Assembly: GCA_041393775.1 (NCBI GenBank)
Contig: JAWKJM010000005.1
Span: 2,529 to 66,528, forward strand
Direction of reading: 5' to 3'
Length of the DNA stretch: 64,000 bases
Source: Candidatus Nanopelagicales bacterium
GTDB lineage: Bacteria; Actinomycetota; Actinomycetes; S36-B12; UBA10799
Part shown: positions 18,223-28,279 of the stretch, piece by piece
Layout: every line of letters begins with the position of its first letter
Position numbering within the stretch: the stretch's first letter is position 1
Translations under genes and position numbers: made by a program
The notes under the pieces: generated by a model
What the model saw: the letters and a program-made list of their open reading frames with translations, nothing else
Database searches by the model: none
What the model was told of the DNA's origin: nothing

Positions 18223-19373
18223 TGAGCGAGGAATGGACTGCGGCGGGAGGGCTGGCCGGCCGGGCGCTCGGCGGCGTCGTGCGCATCGTCGGTGACACCC
18301 ACCAGGCGATCTCGAAGCGGGTGGACACCGCACTGCCGCCGGTGGCCAAACCGTACAACCGCGTTCAGGCGGCGTCCGCCGAGGCGGCCTACAGCCTGGT
18401 GGAGTCGGTGCATCGGCACACGCCCCGCGCCCTGGCAGGACTCGGTGGTCTGACATCTGTGGAGCCGAGCCAGACCCGGGTGGGGCGCGCACTGCAGCCA
18501 GTGGTGAACGGGTTCCACGGCGACCTGATCGCCGAGGAGCATCCTCAACTGTCCATCCCGATGTCGCTTCGCGTGGATGGCCGGGACGCCGATGTGGCAA
18601 CGGACTTTCCGAGCGCCACGGCACACATCGTGGTCTTCCTGCACGGCCTGGCAGAGGATGAGCGGGCGTGGCGACTGGGGGGTCGGGAATCGTACGGCGA
18701 GCGTCTGCGCGATAAGGGGCTGACGCCTGTTTTCGTCCGCTTCAACACCGGTCTGCACGTCAGTGACAACGGCCGGCAGTTGAGTGGCCTGCTCGACGAT
18801 CTCGTCGCACGCTGGCCCGTCCCGGTGGAGACGATCAGCCTCGTCGGGCACTCGATGGGTGGTTTGGTCGCGCGCAGCGCGTGCCACGTCGGCGGGACTT
18901 GGACCTCGCTCGTACGCTGCGTGGTGACGTTGGGCACGCCGCACCAGGGTGCACCCCTGGAGAAGGCCGTGCACGTCATGGATTGGGTCATGCGCAAGAT
19001 CCCCGAGATCGAACCGATCGGACGGATCCTCGCCAACCGCAGCGTTGGCATCAAGGACCTGCGGTTCGGTTCGCTGGTGGAGGAGGACTGGCGGGGGAGG
19101 GACATCGACGCATTCCTGGAGGACCGTTGCGCCGAAGTGCCGTTCCTGCCGCACGTGACGTACTTCTGGGTCGCAGCGACCCTGACCCGCGACACACAGC
19201 ATCCGTTCGGGCGTCTCATGGGCGACGGGATGGTGCGCTACCCCAGTGCCTCGGCAGTGACAGGTGAAGGCCTGTGTATCGGCGGGGTGAACCACCTCGA
19301 TCTCCTGAATGACGACGCGGTGGCAGAGGCCCTGTCCGAGTGGCTGACGTCCGGCGCATCCCAAGTCACCTGA
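18219..19373 (+). CDS. Lipase/esterase-like alpha/beta hydrolase (PGAP1/DUF676-like)
   Basis: Contains VVFLHGL and the nucleophile elbow GHSMGG (SLVGHSMGGLVAR). It overlaps the GNAT gene by 4 nt. Confidence 0.7.
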   Translation: MMSEEWTAAGGLAGRALGGVVRIVGDTHQAISKRVDTALPPVAKPYNRVQAASAEAAYSLVESVHRHTPRALAGLGGLTSVEPSQTRVGRALQPVVNGFHGDLIAEEHPQLSIPMSLRVDGRDADVATDFPSATAHIVVFLHGLAEDERAWRLGGRESYGERLRDKGLTPVFVRFNTGLHVSDNGRQLSGLLDDLVARWPVPVETISLVGHSMGGLVARSACHVGGTWTSLVRCVVTLGTPHQGAPLEKAVHVMDWVMRKIPEIEPIGRILANRSVGIKDLRFGSLVEEDWRGRDIDAFLEDRCAEVPFLPHVTYFWVAATLTRDTQHPFGRLMGDGMVRYPSASAVTGEGLCIGGVNHLDLLNDDAVAEALSEWLTSGASQVT

Positions 19374-19519
19374 TCAGGCGCAGCCGTCACCGTCGCCTCC
19401 GTGTGCTGTCGGCGGTCAGTGCCTCCTCGCCGGCGCGATGGGCCAGCACGGCAGAGTCGGTCTCCCAGCGAGAGTCCCTCGTGGTCTGCGCCGGCCCGCC
19501 CATTCCAGGTTCTCGGCAT

Positions 19520-19778
19520 GAGTCCATCCGCGGCCGTGGCGTTCAGGCGGGGAATACCGGGCGCCAGTTCGCTCGCGTTAGTGGTGCATGGTCGTGGCCG
19601 GCCGCGGCGTTCAGGTGGGGAAGTGCCGGGCGGAAACCGCTCGGGTTAGAGAATGTGCACGAGGTTAGAGAAGCCACACGTGCGTTCACTAACCTCGTGC
19701 ACAATCTCTAACCTCGCGACCATTCTCTAACCTCGCGACGCACTCCTGCGGCTGGTGAGTACACGGGCCGTCCTCGGC
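19520..19778 (-). repeat. Family-1 repeat, locus R4 (reverse orientation; two C modules, B, A)
   Basis: Reverse complement of the consensus. Reads GTGCACGAGGTTAGAGAAGCCACACGTGCGTTCACTAACCTCGTGCAC, then TCTCTAACCTCGCGACCATTCTCTAACCTCGCG. Confidence 0.9.
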
Positions 19779-19910
19779 ATCCGACCTGCTGGAGAGCCAA
19801 CCCGTAGGAGAGGGGCAGTGTGCGGCTGGGACCCAGTGGCCCGTCGGCGCGCGCGTCGAGGGCTTCGACACGGCCTTCCATATCGGCCCCCAACCGGATT
19901 GACTGGAGGC

Positions 19911-20960
19911 ATGCAAGCCACCTACATATACGGCGCTGGTGATGTCCGCGTCATCGAAGTCGCGTCTCCCAGCATCCAAGATTCGACGGATGCCCTTGTG
20001 CGTGTCACCCGCGCCTGCATCTGCGGTAGCGACCTGCACCCGTACCACAGCCTGCCCGCCAACGAAGCCGGTGTGGCGATGGGCCACGAGTTCATCGGAG
20101 TGGTGGAGGAGGTCGGGAAGGAGGTCGCGACGCTGGTGCCGGGTGATTTCGTGATAGGGCCGTTCGCGGTGTCCTGCGGTACCTGCGAGTTCTGCCGGGC
20201 GGGCTTGCACACGTCGTGTGTCAGAGGAGGTTTCTGGGGCGACCCCCGGTTCGGCACGGCCGGCTGCCAGGCCGAGGAGGTCCGGGTGCCGCTGGCCGAC
20301 GGCACGCTGGTGAAGGTGCCGGGAGTCGGCCCTGACACCGACGACGCGCTACTGGCCAGCATCCTGACGCTGTCGGACGTGTACGGGACCGGCTGGCACG
20401 CGGCTGTGCGAGCTGGGGTGAGCCAGGGGAGCGCCGCCGTCGTGATCGGTGACGGTGCGGTCGGGTTGCTCGCCGTGCTGTCGGCCAAGCAGCTCGGCGC
20501 CGAGCGGATCGTGCTGATGGGACGTCACCAGGACCGTACAGACCTCGGCCGTGAGTTCGGTGCGACCGACGTTGTCGCCGAGCGCGGCGAGGAAGGCATT
20601 GCCAAGGTCCGCGACCTGACCGGGGGCGGCAGCGCTGCGGTGCTCGAGGCCGTCGGCCACATGCCTGCTTATGAGCAGGCGATCGGTGTGGTCCGGCCCG
20701 GTGGGGTGATCAGCCGCGTCGGTGTCCCGCAGTACGAGAACGCCCCAGTCGGCTTCCGCAGCCTCTTCCGGCACAACATCACGCTGACCGGGGGCCCCGC
20801 TCCGGTGCGCGCCTACATTGAGCAACTCCTGCCGGGGGTGCTCGACGGGTCGGTCGAGCCGGGCAGGGTCTTCGACACCGTCATGAGCCTGGACCAGGCG
20901 CCGGCGGGGTACGCCGCGATGGACGACCGGAGCGCGCTCAAGGTAGTTCTGAAGTCGTGA
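19911..20960 (+). CDS. Zinc-dependent alcohol dehydrogenase family protein
   Basis: ATG at 19911 follows SD GGAGG. Contains CICGSDLH, GHEFIG, and the structural-zinc cysteines CGTCEFC. Confidence 0.88.
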   Translation: MQATYIYGAGDVRVIEVASPSIQDSTDALVRVTRACICGSDLHPYHSLPANEAGVAMGHEFIGVVEEVGKEVATLVPGDFVIGPFAVSCGTCEFCRAGLHTSCVRGGFWGDPRFGTAGCQAEEVRVPLADGTLVKVPGVGPDTDDALLASILTLSDVYGTGWHAAVRAGVSQGSAAVVIGDGAVGLLAVLSAKQLGAERIVLMGRHQDRTDLGREFGATDVVAERGEEGIAKVRDLTGGGSAAVLEAVGHMPAYEQAIGVVRPGGVISRVGVPQYENAPVGFRSLFRHNITLTGGPAPVRAYIEQLLPGVLDGSVEPGRVFDTVMSLDQAPAGYAAMDDRSALKVVLKS

Positions 20961-21023
20961 ACAACGGCCGATCTGCCGGTGTTCGGTTCGCGCATGGTCC
21001 GGGCAGCCGCCGGGCGAACTGCG

Positions 21024-21101
21024 TGTTCGCTGACGCTCGGGTAGTCCGTTGACGTTCCTCGCACGACGAGCGACAACGAACGGCACGAGCGTCAGCGAAC
21101 A
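21024..21101. repeat. 16-bp perfect inverted repeat with a 46-bp spacer, between convergent genes
   Basis: TGTTCGCTGACGCTCG at 21024-21039 and its exact reverse complement CGAGCGTCAGCGAACA at 21086-21101. Confidence 0.8.
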
Positions 21102-21162
21102 GCCGTAGTGTGGCCGCAGCAAGACCCACGGGCGGCACAAACCGCCTCGGTGTCTTCGGATC

Positions 21163-24100
21163 TCACGGGGAGCGAACGTCCGGACCGTCTGTGGCCCCAT
21201 CACCGCCGAAACCCCCGCCACCGGGTGTCTCGATGACCAGGCGGTCACCTGCTTCGACGAGTACCGACTCAGTCGCGGCCATCTCGTGCACGGCCCCGTC
21301 CAGGCGCTCAAGGGTGGTTCGCCCCGGGGCTCCGTCGCCACCGCCATGAAGCCCGAACGGCGCGACCCGTCGGCGCCCCGAGAGCAAGGACACCCGCATC
21401 GGTATCAGGAACTCCAGTTCCCGGACCGCGCCGTCGCCTCCGCGGCGCAAGCCGGAACCGCCGGTGCCCGCCCGGACGCCGAAGTGCCGCACTCGCACCG
21501 GATGGCGCAGTTCCAGCACCTCGGGGTCGGTGAGGCGGGAGTTCGTCATGTGGGTTTGGACCGCAGCCGTGCCGGTGAAGTCCGGACCGGCGCCGGATCC
21601 ACCGCAGATCGTCTCGTAGTACTGGAAGTCCTCAGTGCCGAACGTGAGGTTGTTCATGGTTCCCTGAGATGCAGCGCACGCACCGAGTGCGGCCAGCAGA
21701 GCATCGGTCACCACCTGGCTGATCTCCACGTTGCCGGCAACAACTGCCGCCGGGTACCCGGGGTCCAGCAGAGAGTCGGCCGGCACCCGGAGATCGACAG
21801 GGTCGAGGCAGCCGTCGTTGAGCGGGATGTCGTCGTCCACCAGGCACCGGAACGCGTACAGCACGGCCGCCCGGGTGACCGCTCGCGGGGCATTGAAGTT
21901 GTCGCTTCGGGCGGGGCCGGTTCCGGCGAAGTCGACGACCACCCGGCGGGCAGCACGATCCACGCTCACCCGCACCTCAATGGGGGCGCCGTCGTCGATG
22001 TGGGCGACGTGGTGTCCGTCGTCCAACGAGTCGATGACGCGCCGTACGCACTCGGCCGCGTTGTCCTGGACGTGTCCCATGTATGCGCGGACCACGGCTA
22101 GCCCGAACCGCTCCACGAGTCCCTGCAACTCGGTCACCCCGTTCGCGTTCGCCGCGATCTGCGCAACCAGGTCATTGACGTTGCGGTCCGGCGAGCGGGC
22201 GGGGTAGGCCGCCTCTTCAAGAATCCTGCGAACCAGCGGTTCGTCGAAGACGCCCTCTCGCACGATCCGGATGTTGCGCAGCAGGACCCCCTCCTCGTGG
22301 ATGGTCCGGCTCATCGGCGGCATCGATCCCGGCGTGATCCCGCCAACGTCAGCGTGATGCCCCCGGCTGGCGACGAAGAACAGCGGGTCTGGCTCCTCGC
22401 CGAATACCGGCGTCACCACTGTGATGTCGGGGAGGTGGGTGCCGCCGTTGAAGGGGTCGTTCGTTGCGAACACGTCGCCGGGCTGCCAGGATTGCCGGTG
22501 CTCGGCGATGATTGCATGCACACTCTCGCCCATCGAGCCCAGGTGTACGGGGATGTGGGGGGCGTTGGCGACCAGGCGTCCCGCTGGATCAAAGATCGCG
22601 CACGAGAAGTCGAGCCGCTCCTTGATGTTCACCGACCGCGAGGTCTGCTGCAGGGTCACGCCCATCCGCTCGGCCACGGACATGAACAGGTTGTTGAACA
22701 CTTCGAGCATGACTGGATCCACGCTTGTGCCGATCGACACCGTGCCGGGCCGTGCTTCGACGCGCTGCAGGTTCAGTTCGCCGCCCGGCAGCACCGAGGC
22801 CTGCCAGCCGGGTTCAACGACGGTGGTGGCCACAGATTCGGCGATGATCGCTGGGCCGCGGATTCGCTGACCGACGGGGAGGTCGTCGCGCCGGAAGACT
22901 GGCGCATCGTGGGTCTGCCCGGTCAGGTGCACAGGCACGTGTGCGGTGGGTACCGCCGCCGCCCCCGCCCCGATGGGCAGGTTCAACTGGGCGGATTCGC
23001 TGCGTTCGATGGCCTCCACCGCGATCGCGTCGATGACCACCGCCCTGTCCGGCATCGTGAAGCCGAATCGGCGGTGGTGGGCGGCGGCGAAATCCTGGAG
23101 CAGCGTCGGGCTGTCGGAGTGTGGGATAGGCAGGGCGGTGTCGCTGCCGACATACTTGAGATGGACGTGGCGCTCCACCTCGATGTGGCCGGTCGCTCCC
23201 TGCTGCCGCAGTCCGTTCGTGACATCCCCGGCGGCCTCGGTCAGCAGCCCGGCCAGTTCGGCATCGGTCATGTCCGACAACGGGACCTCGACGCTGCGTT
23301 CGTGCAGCAAGCGGGTGTCGGCCAGTGCCATGCCGACGGCCGACAGCACTCCTGCGAGCGGATGGATGACCACTGAGCTGATGCCCAGTTCGTCCGCCAC
23401 AGCGCAGGCGTGCTGGCCGCCGGCCCCGCCGAAGCAGGCGAGGGCGTAGGCGCTGACGTCGTGCCCGCGGGCAATGGAGACCTTCTTGATCGCGTTGGCC
23501 ATGTTGGCCACCGCGATGTTCCGGAACCCCTCGGCGAGCATGGCCGGCGAGCGGGTGTCCCCGGTTGACTCGGAGAGGCCGCGCCTAACCGCCTCCAGTC
23601 GATGCAGCGCAGCTGTCACGTCCAGCGGCGCGTCACGACCCGGACCGAAGGTGGTGGGAAAGAACTCGGGCCGGACCAGGCCCAGGACCGCGTTGCAGTC
23701 CGTGACCGTGAGGGGCCCGCCCTTGCCGTAACTCGCCGGCCCGGGTTCTGCCCCTGCGGAGGCCGGGCCCACCCGGAGTCGGCTGCCGTCGAACGAGCAG
23801 ATAGACCCGCCGCCGGCTGCGACCGTGTGGATGTCCAGCATGGGCGCCCGCAGTCGCACCCCCGCCACCTCTGACTCGAGTGAGCGCTCCAACTCCCCGC
23901 CGAAGTGGGCCACGTCGGTCGAGGTTCCACCCATGTCGAAAGTAACGACCCGGTCGAAACCCGCAGCCCGGCTGGTGCGCACCGACCCGATGAGGCCCCC
24001 GGCAGGTCCCGACAAGATCGCGTCCTTGCCGCGGAAGGCAGTCGCCTGCGCGAGTCCGCCGTTGGACTGCATGAACCGCAGGTCGACGCCCGGCAGTTCC

Positions 24101-24816
24101 TGTGCCACCCGCCTGGTGTACCGCAGGAGGATCGGTGACAGGTACGCGTCGACCACCGTGGTGTCGCCACGTGCGACGAACTTGATGAGTGCGCTGCAGT
24201 CATGGCTGGTGGACACCTGCCCGAAGCCCGCCTCCCGCGCCAGTTCGGCGACGAAGTCCTCGTGCTCGTTGAACCGGTAGCCATGCATGAGTACCACTGC
24301 GGCGCTCGTACAGCCGCTCACCCGCGCCGTTCGCAGGTCCGCCAACAGTGGCTCCGGGCGGGGCCGGAGCAGCACCGTACCGTCGACGGCGACTCGTTCG
24401 TCGACCTCCACGACATGGTCGTAGAGCGGTTCGGGCCGGTGGATGGCCAGATCGAACAGGCGCGGCCGGTTCTGGTACCCGATCCGCAGGGCGTCTGCAA
24501 AACCTCGCGTGATGACCAGCGCGGTCGCGTCGCCATGTCGTTCGAGCAGGGCGTTCGTGGCCACGGTGGTGCCCATGGTCACCGACGCGATCGTACCCAC
24601 GGGGATGGATCCGTCAGCCACCCCGAGCAACCTGCGGATCCCTTCGATCGCGGCGTCATCGTAGGCGTCAGGGGCCTCGGAGAGCAACTTGCACACGTGC
24701 GTGTCGCCGTCGGGATCTGCAGCCACGACGTCGGTGAACGTCCCGCCGCGGTCGATCCAGAATCGCCACCCGGTCACGGGCCCATTCTGCCGCAGCCGCA
24801 CCGGGACGCAGGGCAC
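21163..24816 (-). CDS. 5-oxoprolinase / hydantoinase A-B fusion (ATP-hydrolysing)
   Basis: 1217-aa ORF. The N-terminal HyuA-like part includes WIDRGGTFTDVV. The C-terminal HyuB-like part includes DPFNGGTHLPDITV. Confidence 0.9.
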   Translation of the reverse strand: MPCVPVRLRQNGPVTGWRFWIDRGGTFTDVVAADPDGDTHVCKLLSEAPDAYDDAAIEGIRRLLGVADGSIPVGTIASVTMGTTVATNALLERHGDATALVITRGFADALRIGYQNRPRLFDLAIHRPEPLYDHVVEVDERVAVDGTVLLRPRPEPLLADLRTARVSGCTSAAVVLMHGYRFNEHEDFVAELAREAGFGQVSTSHDCSALIKFVARGDTTVVDAYLSPILLRYTRRVAQELPGVDLRFMQSNGGLAQATAFRGKDAILSGPAGGLIGSVRTSRAAGFDRVVTFDMGGTSTDVAHFGGELERSLESEVAGVRLRAPMLDIHTVAAGGGSICSFDGSRLRVGPASAGAEPGPASYGKGGPLTVTDCNAVLGLVRPEFFPTTFGPGRDAPLDVTAALHRLEAVRRGLSESTGDTRSPAMLAEGFRNIAVANMANAIKKVSIARGHDVSAYALACFGGAGGQHACAVADELGISSVVIHPLAGVLSAVGMALADTRLLHERSVEVPLSDMTDAELAGLLTEAAGDVTNGLRQQGATGHIEVERHVHLKYVGSDTALPIPHSDSPTLLQDFAAAHHRRFGFTMPDRAVVIDAIAVEAIERSESAQLNLPIGAGAAAVPTAHVPVHLTGQTHDAPVFRRDDLPVGQRIRGPAIIAESVATTVVEPGWQASVLPGGELNLQRVEARPGTVSIGTSVDPVMLEVFNNLFMSVAERMGVTLQQTSRSVNIKERLDFSCAIFDPAGRLVANAPHIPVHLGSMGESVHAIIAEHRQSWQPGDVFATNDPFNGGTHLPDITVVTPVFGEEPDPLFFVASRGHHADVGGITPGSMPPMSRTIHEEGVLLRNIRIVREGVFDEPLVRRILEEAAYPARSPDRNVNDLVAQIAANANGVTELQGLVERFGLAVVRAYMGHVQDNAAECVRRVIDSLDDGHHVAHIDDGAPIEVRVSVDRAARRVVVDFAGTGPARSDNFNAPRAVTRAAVLYAFRCLVDDDIPLNDGCLDPVDLRVPADSLLDPGYPAAVVAGNVEISQVVTDALLAALGACAASQGTMNNLTFGTEDFQYYETICGGSGAGPDFTGTAAVQTHMTNSRLTDPEVLELRHPVRVRHFGVRAGTGGSGLRRGGDGAVRELEFLIPMRVSLLSGRRRVAPFGLHGGGDGAPGRTTLERLDGAVHEMAATESVLVEAGDRLVIETPGGGGFGGDGATDGPDVRSP

Positions 24817-25049
24817 GACAGGCTCCGGCGCTCGCCGCGTGGTCGCCCTTCAGCGTCCTCGGTGTCGTGCTGGACTTGATCAGTCAACGCCGGTGCAGCC
24901 GCGTTCGGGCTGGAGGTATGTCATTGCGCTGGTCGAGCGTACCGTTGTGCCGGCCGGCGCTGAACGTCCCTGAAATGCACGAGTCGCATCGAAGGTCGCA
25001 CCGCCAGCACAAGTGCACCGTCAGGCGAGGTTGCCCCAACGTGATTTGG

Positions 25050-25129
25050 CGGTGAGGTTAGAGGACGTTCACGAGGTTAGAGAAACCACGCGTGGAATCT
25101 CTAACCTCGTGAACGTCCTCTAACCTCGC
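25050..25129. repeat. Family-1 repeat, locus R5: hairpin-only variant, near-perfect 78-bp palindrome
   Basis: Reads GTGAGGTTAGAGGACGTTCACGAGGTTAGAGA-AACCACGCGTGGAA-TCTCTAACCTCGTGAACGTCCTCTAACCTCGC. The arms match 31/32. The centre is ACGCGT instead of CACGTG. Confidence 0.9.
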
Positions 25130-25192
25130 TTCGGGAAGCGCAGGGGTCGGCTGGCGGAGTGTGGGTGTGACTGGTCACCAAAGACCGCCTCC

Positions 25193-25489
25193 TTAGGTCT
25201 TGTCTATCGCCCGTGCGGGCTCGAGGATCAATGTGCGGGGACTACCTACCAGGGCAGGCGCGTCGGCCGGTGTTGCCCAGACCTTGTCCCGCAGGAAGGC
25301 CAGGAACGCTTCGGCCTGTTCTCGGCGCTCGAAGTCCAGATCGACCACGAGGTAATGCGGATCATCCACCGGCTGGGCGATCCGCACAGAGGTCACGCCC
25401 CCGGACCGGCGAGCCTGCTCGAAGCGGTCGAACGCTGCGCGCCACGTCGCGAAGTCGGTGATAGCGTGCTCGATGTGCAATGTGGTCAT
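25193..25489 (-). CDS. Small hypothetical protein (98 aa)
   Basis: Internal ATG at 25489 gives [28 protein letters not shown]... The composition is protein-like. The longer ORF-track extension is R/S-rich. Confidence 0.6.
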   Translation of the reverse strand: MTTLHIEHAITDFATWRAAFDRFEQARRSGGVTSVRIAQPVDDPHYLVVDLDFERREQAEAFLAFLRDKVWATPADAPALVGSPRTLILEPARAIDKT

Positions 25490-25791
25490 GCGCTCAAAGT
25501 AGCCCTGCCACGACGGAAGCCGCCATACCCGGTTCTTGGGTTCTTTCGGGCGTAGCCTGCGCCGTGTTGACGCACTGGACTCAGTCGAGCGGGTGGTGGA
25601 ACGCCCGCCAGAGCACGTCGACCGCGTTGGCGAACATCGACTGAGGCGGTTCTGGGCCGTGGGCTCGGACAAGAGCATGGGATCGGCCGATCTCGGGGGT
25701 GCCGTGCCCGACGATCACGTGTCCGAGCGCTCGGTCTCTCGCAGCACAATCAGCCGCCTGGGCCACTGGCACGCGGTAGGTCGCGCGAGTC

Positions 25792-26595
25792 CTACTGCGG
25801 GGCGGGCCGCCCGCGAGCCCCTGTCCGCTCCCACCATTGCGGCAGGTCGGCGATCGAGTCGAGCACCGCGTCAGGTGACACGTCGTCGAGGTCGGACGGC
25901 GAGAACTTGCCGGTGCGCACGAGAACCCCGGTCAGTCCGGCGTGCTGGGCAGCCTCGACATCAGTCCGGATGTCGTCGCCGACCATCACCACGTCTGTGA
26001 ACTGCGGGCCGAGGTCGTCCACCGCTGTCCGGAAGAAGGCGGGATCAGGTTTGCCCAGCACCACAGCGTCGCGACCGGATGCGTACTCCAGCGCCCGCAC
26101 GTAGGCGCCGGCATCGAGCCGGAGCCCGTCGCCCGCGCGCCAGAAGCGGGTCATGCCCAGTGCAATCAGCGGCACGTGGGAGTCGGACATCAGCAGTCGG
26201 AACGCGCGGTTGAGCGTCGCGAAGTCCCAGCCCGGACCGAGGTCGCCGACGACCACCGCACCGGCGCCCTGCTCAGCATCGTGGGGAAGCGGATCCATGT
26301 CCGCGAACTCGCCGTTTGTGGCTTCGGGGACGAAGATCGCCGGACGACGGATGTCGTGGCGTCGCAGCCAGGCTGTTGCGGCGACGGCAGGGGTGAGGAT
26401 CTGGTCGGGTGTGGCGTCGATGTCCATGCCCGTCAACTTGTCGGCGATCTCCTGGCGCGGACGCGAGGTCGTGTTGGTCAAGTACCTGAACGGCACGGAC
26501 TCACTCGTGAGCCACTCGATGCTCGCCGCGGCGCCGTGCACCGGGTTGTCGCCGACGTAGAGGACGCCGTCGAGATCGATCAGAACCGCGCGCAT
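25792..26595 (-). CDS. HAD-IIA family hydrolase (NagD-like phosphatase)
   Basis: Internal ATG at 26595 gives MRAVLIDLDGVLY, which carries the DxDG motif I. Also contains LTNTTS and a late GDD motif (VMVGDDIRTDV). Confidence 0.85.
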   Translation of the reverse strand: MRAVLIDLDGVLYVGDNPVHGAAASIEWLTSESVPFRYLTNTTSRPRQEIADKLTGMDIDATPDQILTPAVAATAWLRRHDIRRPAIFVPEATNGEFADMDPLPHDAEQGAGAVVVGDLGPGWDFATLNRAFRLLMSDSHVPLIALGMTRFWRAGDGLRLDAGAYVRALEYASGRDAVVLGKPDPAFFRTAVDDLGPQFTDVVMVGDDIRTDVEAAQHAGLTGVLVRTGKFSPSDLDDVSPDAVLDSIADLPQWWERTGARGRPAPQ

Positions 26596-26781
26596 GTCTC
26601 CATGATGCGCGGACGCGCAACGGGCGTGCCAGATGTGTCGTCCTGCGGTTCTCTCAAGTTTCGGGTCATGTCTTCTATCTCCCCGCCGCTCACGCACCTG
26701 TTCGGCCGTCACGCATTGCGGTGACGCGGCCCGTGTCCGGTGGCACAATCGAGAGGTGCCGAATGACCCACAGGAGGCATC

Positions 26782-27489
26782 ATGTTCAGTGACAGGGTGA
26801 CCGCCCGCGTGGTGGGAGTGCTCTTCATAATCGCGTCAGTGACCTCGATCATCGGGGGGTCGCTGATTCTGCCCCTCGAGGACTCAGACCCGCTCGGCGA
26901 ACTTTTCCAGTACCGCAACCAGGTCCGCACCGGGGTACTGTTCGAACTCATCCTGGTCGTCTCGGTCGTCGCCATCGCCGCACTACTTTTCCCAGTCCTG
27001 AAGCGGCGGAATGAGGGTCTCGCGATGGGTTACGTCGCGGCTAGAACCCTCGAGGCGGTCGTCGTGCTCGCAGGGGCAGCAACAGCGATGATCGCCGTCG
27101 GCCTGAGCGAACCAGGGACACCCACGTCCGCCCTCGGGGTCGACGCGCTGGTGGCGATCCGGCACGGCACCCTAACGATGGGTACGCTCATTCTCTTCGG
27201 CGTCGGTGCTCTGGTGCTCTACACCATCCTGTATCGCGGGCGGTTCGTGCCGCGGTGGTTGTCGCTGTGGGGGCTGATCGGCGCTGCGTTGATCCTGCTG
27301 CGCGGCGTGCTTGAGTTGTACGGCGTGGAGATGGCCGGTTGGGCACAGGCTGTTCTTGCCGCACCGATCGGCCTCAACGAGTTGGTGTTGGCCGTGTGGC
27401 TGATCGCCAAAGGCTTCACTGCCCCTCTCGACACCTTAAGTCCGCCGGAAGACCCGTCGACGGCGGCCCAGGAGGTCCCGCCAGGTTGA
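26782..27489 (+). CDS. DUF4386-like integral membrane protein
   Basis: 235 aa with six or so TM segments. The N-terminus TARVVGVLFIIASVTSIIGG is typical of this family as I recall it. Confidence 0.65.
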   Translation: MFSDRVTARVVGVLFIIASVTSIIGGSLILPLEDSDPLGELFQYRNQVRTGVLFELILVVSVVAIAALLFPVLKRRNEGLAMGYVAARTLEAVVVLAGAATAMIAVGLSEPGTPTSALGVDALVAIRHGTLTMGTLILFGVGALVLYTILYRGRFVPRWLSLWGLIGAALILLRGVLELYGVEMAGWAQAVLAAPIGLNELVLAVWLIAKGFTAPLDTLSPPEDPSTAAQEVPPG

Positions 27490-27703
27490 GCCTCGCCGTT
27501 CTGGTTGAACAGTCCCGTCCGCGTTTGCCTCAATCCGCCGGTGATCTTGTTGTGTAGGTCGGTGCAGGGGGAAACGGCCGCCGAAGAACGGGCGTCCCGG
27601 ACACTTTCAAAGCCGCAAGCAGAGGCATCCTGGTGACGCCCGGTGTGGGTTGCGTTCAGCGTCCGATAGGCCCCATCGAACGAGGCGATCTCGATTCGAA
27701 CCA

Positions 27704-28081
27704 ACCCGAAAACGGCTCGTGTACTGGCCACGGGAGTTGGCCGCGAGGTTAGAGAACGCGCACCAGGTTAGTGAATGCACATGTGGCTTCTCTAACCTCG
27801 TGCACGTTCTCTAGTCCGAAAATGGCTGGTGTACTCGGTAGCGGCAGGAGTGGGCCTCGAGGTTAGAGAATGGTCGCGAGGTTAGAGATCGTGCACGAGG
27901 TTAGAGAATGCACGTGTGGCTTCTCTAACTTGGTGCACGTTCTCTAACGCGAGCGGTTTCCGCCCGGCATTTCCCCGTCTGAACGGGCGGCCGGCCACGG
28001 CCATGGACGACTAACGCGAGCGGTTTCCGCTCGGCATCCTCCCGTCTGAACCGGCGGCAGGCCCGGCTATGGATGACCAAC
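27704..28081 (+). repeat. Family-1 repeat, locus R6 (largest copy: two A-B units and two C modules)
   Basis: Two hairpins were read (..CACCAGGTTAGTGAATGCACATGTGGCTTCTCTAACCTCGTGCAC.. and ..GTGCACGAGGTTAGAGAATGCACGTGTGGCTTCTCTAACTTGGTGCAC..). Two C modules follow, ending GATGACCAAC. Confidence 0.9.
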
Positions 28082-28279
28082 GCGAACGGCCGGGCCTGAC
28101 CCGGGCCGGGGAGGTCGAACGCGAACACGCGCAGTCTCATCCGAGGCGGACGCGTTCGTGTTCGATTACCTCAGCAGATGCGCGAGCCTCAGGCGGCCCG
28201 ATTCTCGCTGCGGCGGTTGCCGCATGGTCTCGACGCGGTGGGTCGAAACCCGCTCCGGCAGACCGCATACCCTGACCCC

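Noticed and set aside
13889-19373. Possible toxin-antitoxin or defence system among the hypothetical, GNAT and hydrolase genes
   Set aside because: The GNAT is translationally coupled to a lipase-like hydrolase, not to an RHH or Xre antitoxin. There are no nuclease, ATPase, reverse-transcriptase, SIR2/TIR or other defence-type domains. The small hypotheticals lack TA-like pairing.
27685-27705. tRNA T-arm-like string (GATTCGAACCAACCC) suggesting a tRNA or tRNA fragment at the edge of R6
   Set aside because: I could not assemble acceptor, D or anticodon arms around it by eye. This is most likely a chance match. tRNAscan-SE would settle it.
27219-27731. 170-aa minus-strand ORF downstream of the DUF4386 gene as a gene or gene remnant
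   Set aside because: It overlaps the 3' part of the DUF4386 gene in antisense and then runs into repeat R6. No start context or family motif is present. The non-overlapping part (27490-27700) is too short and featureless to call.
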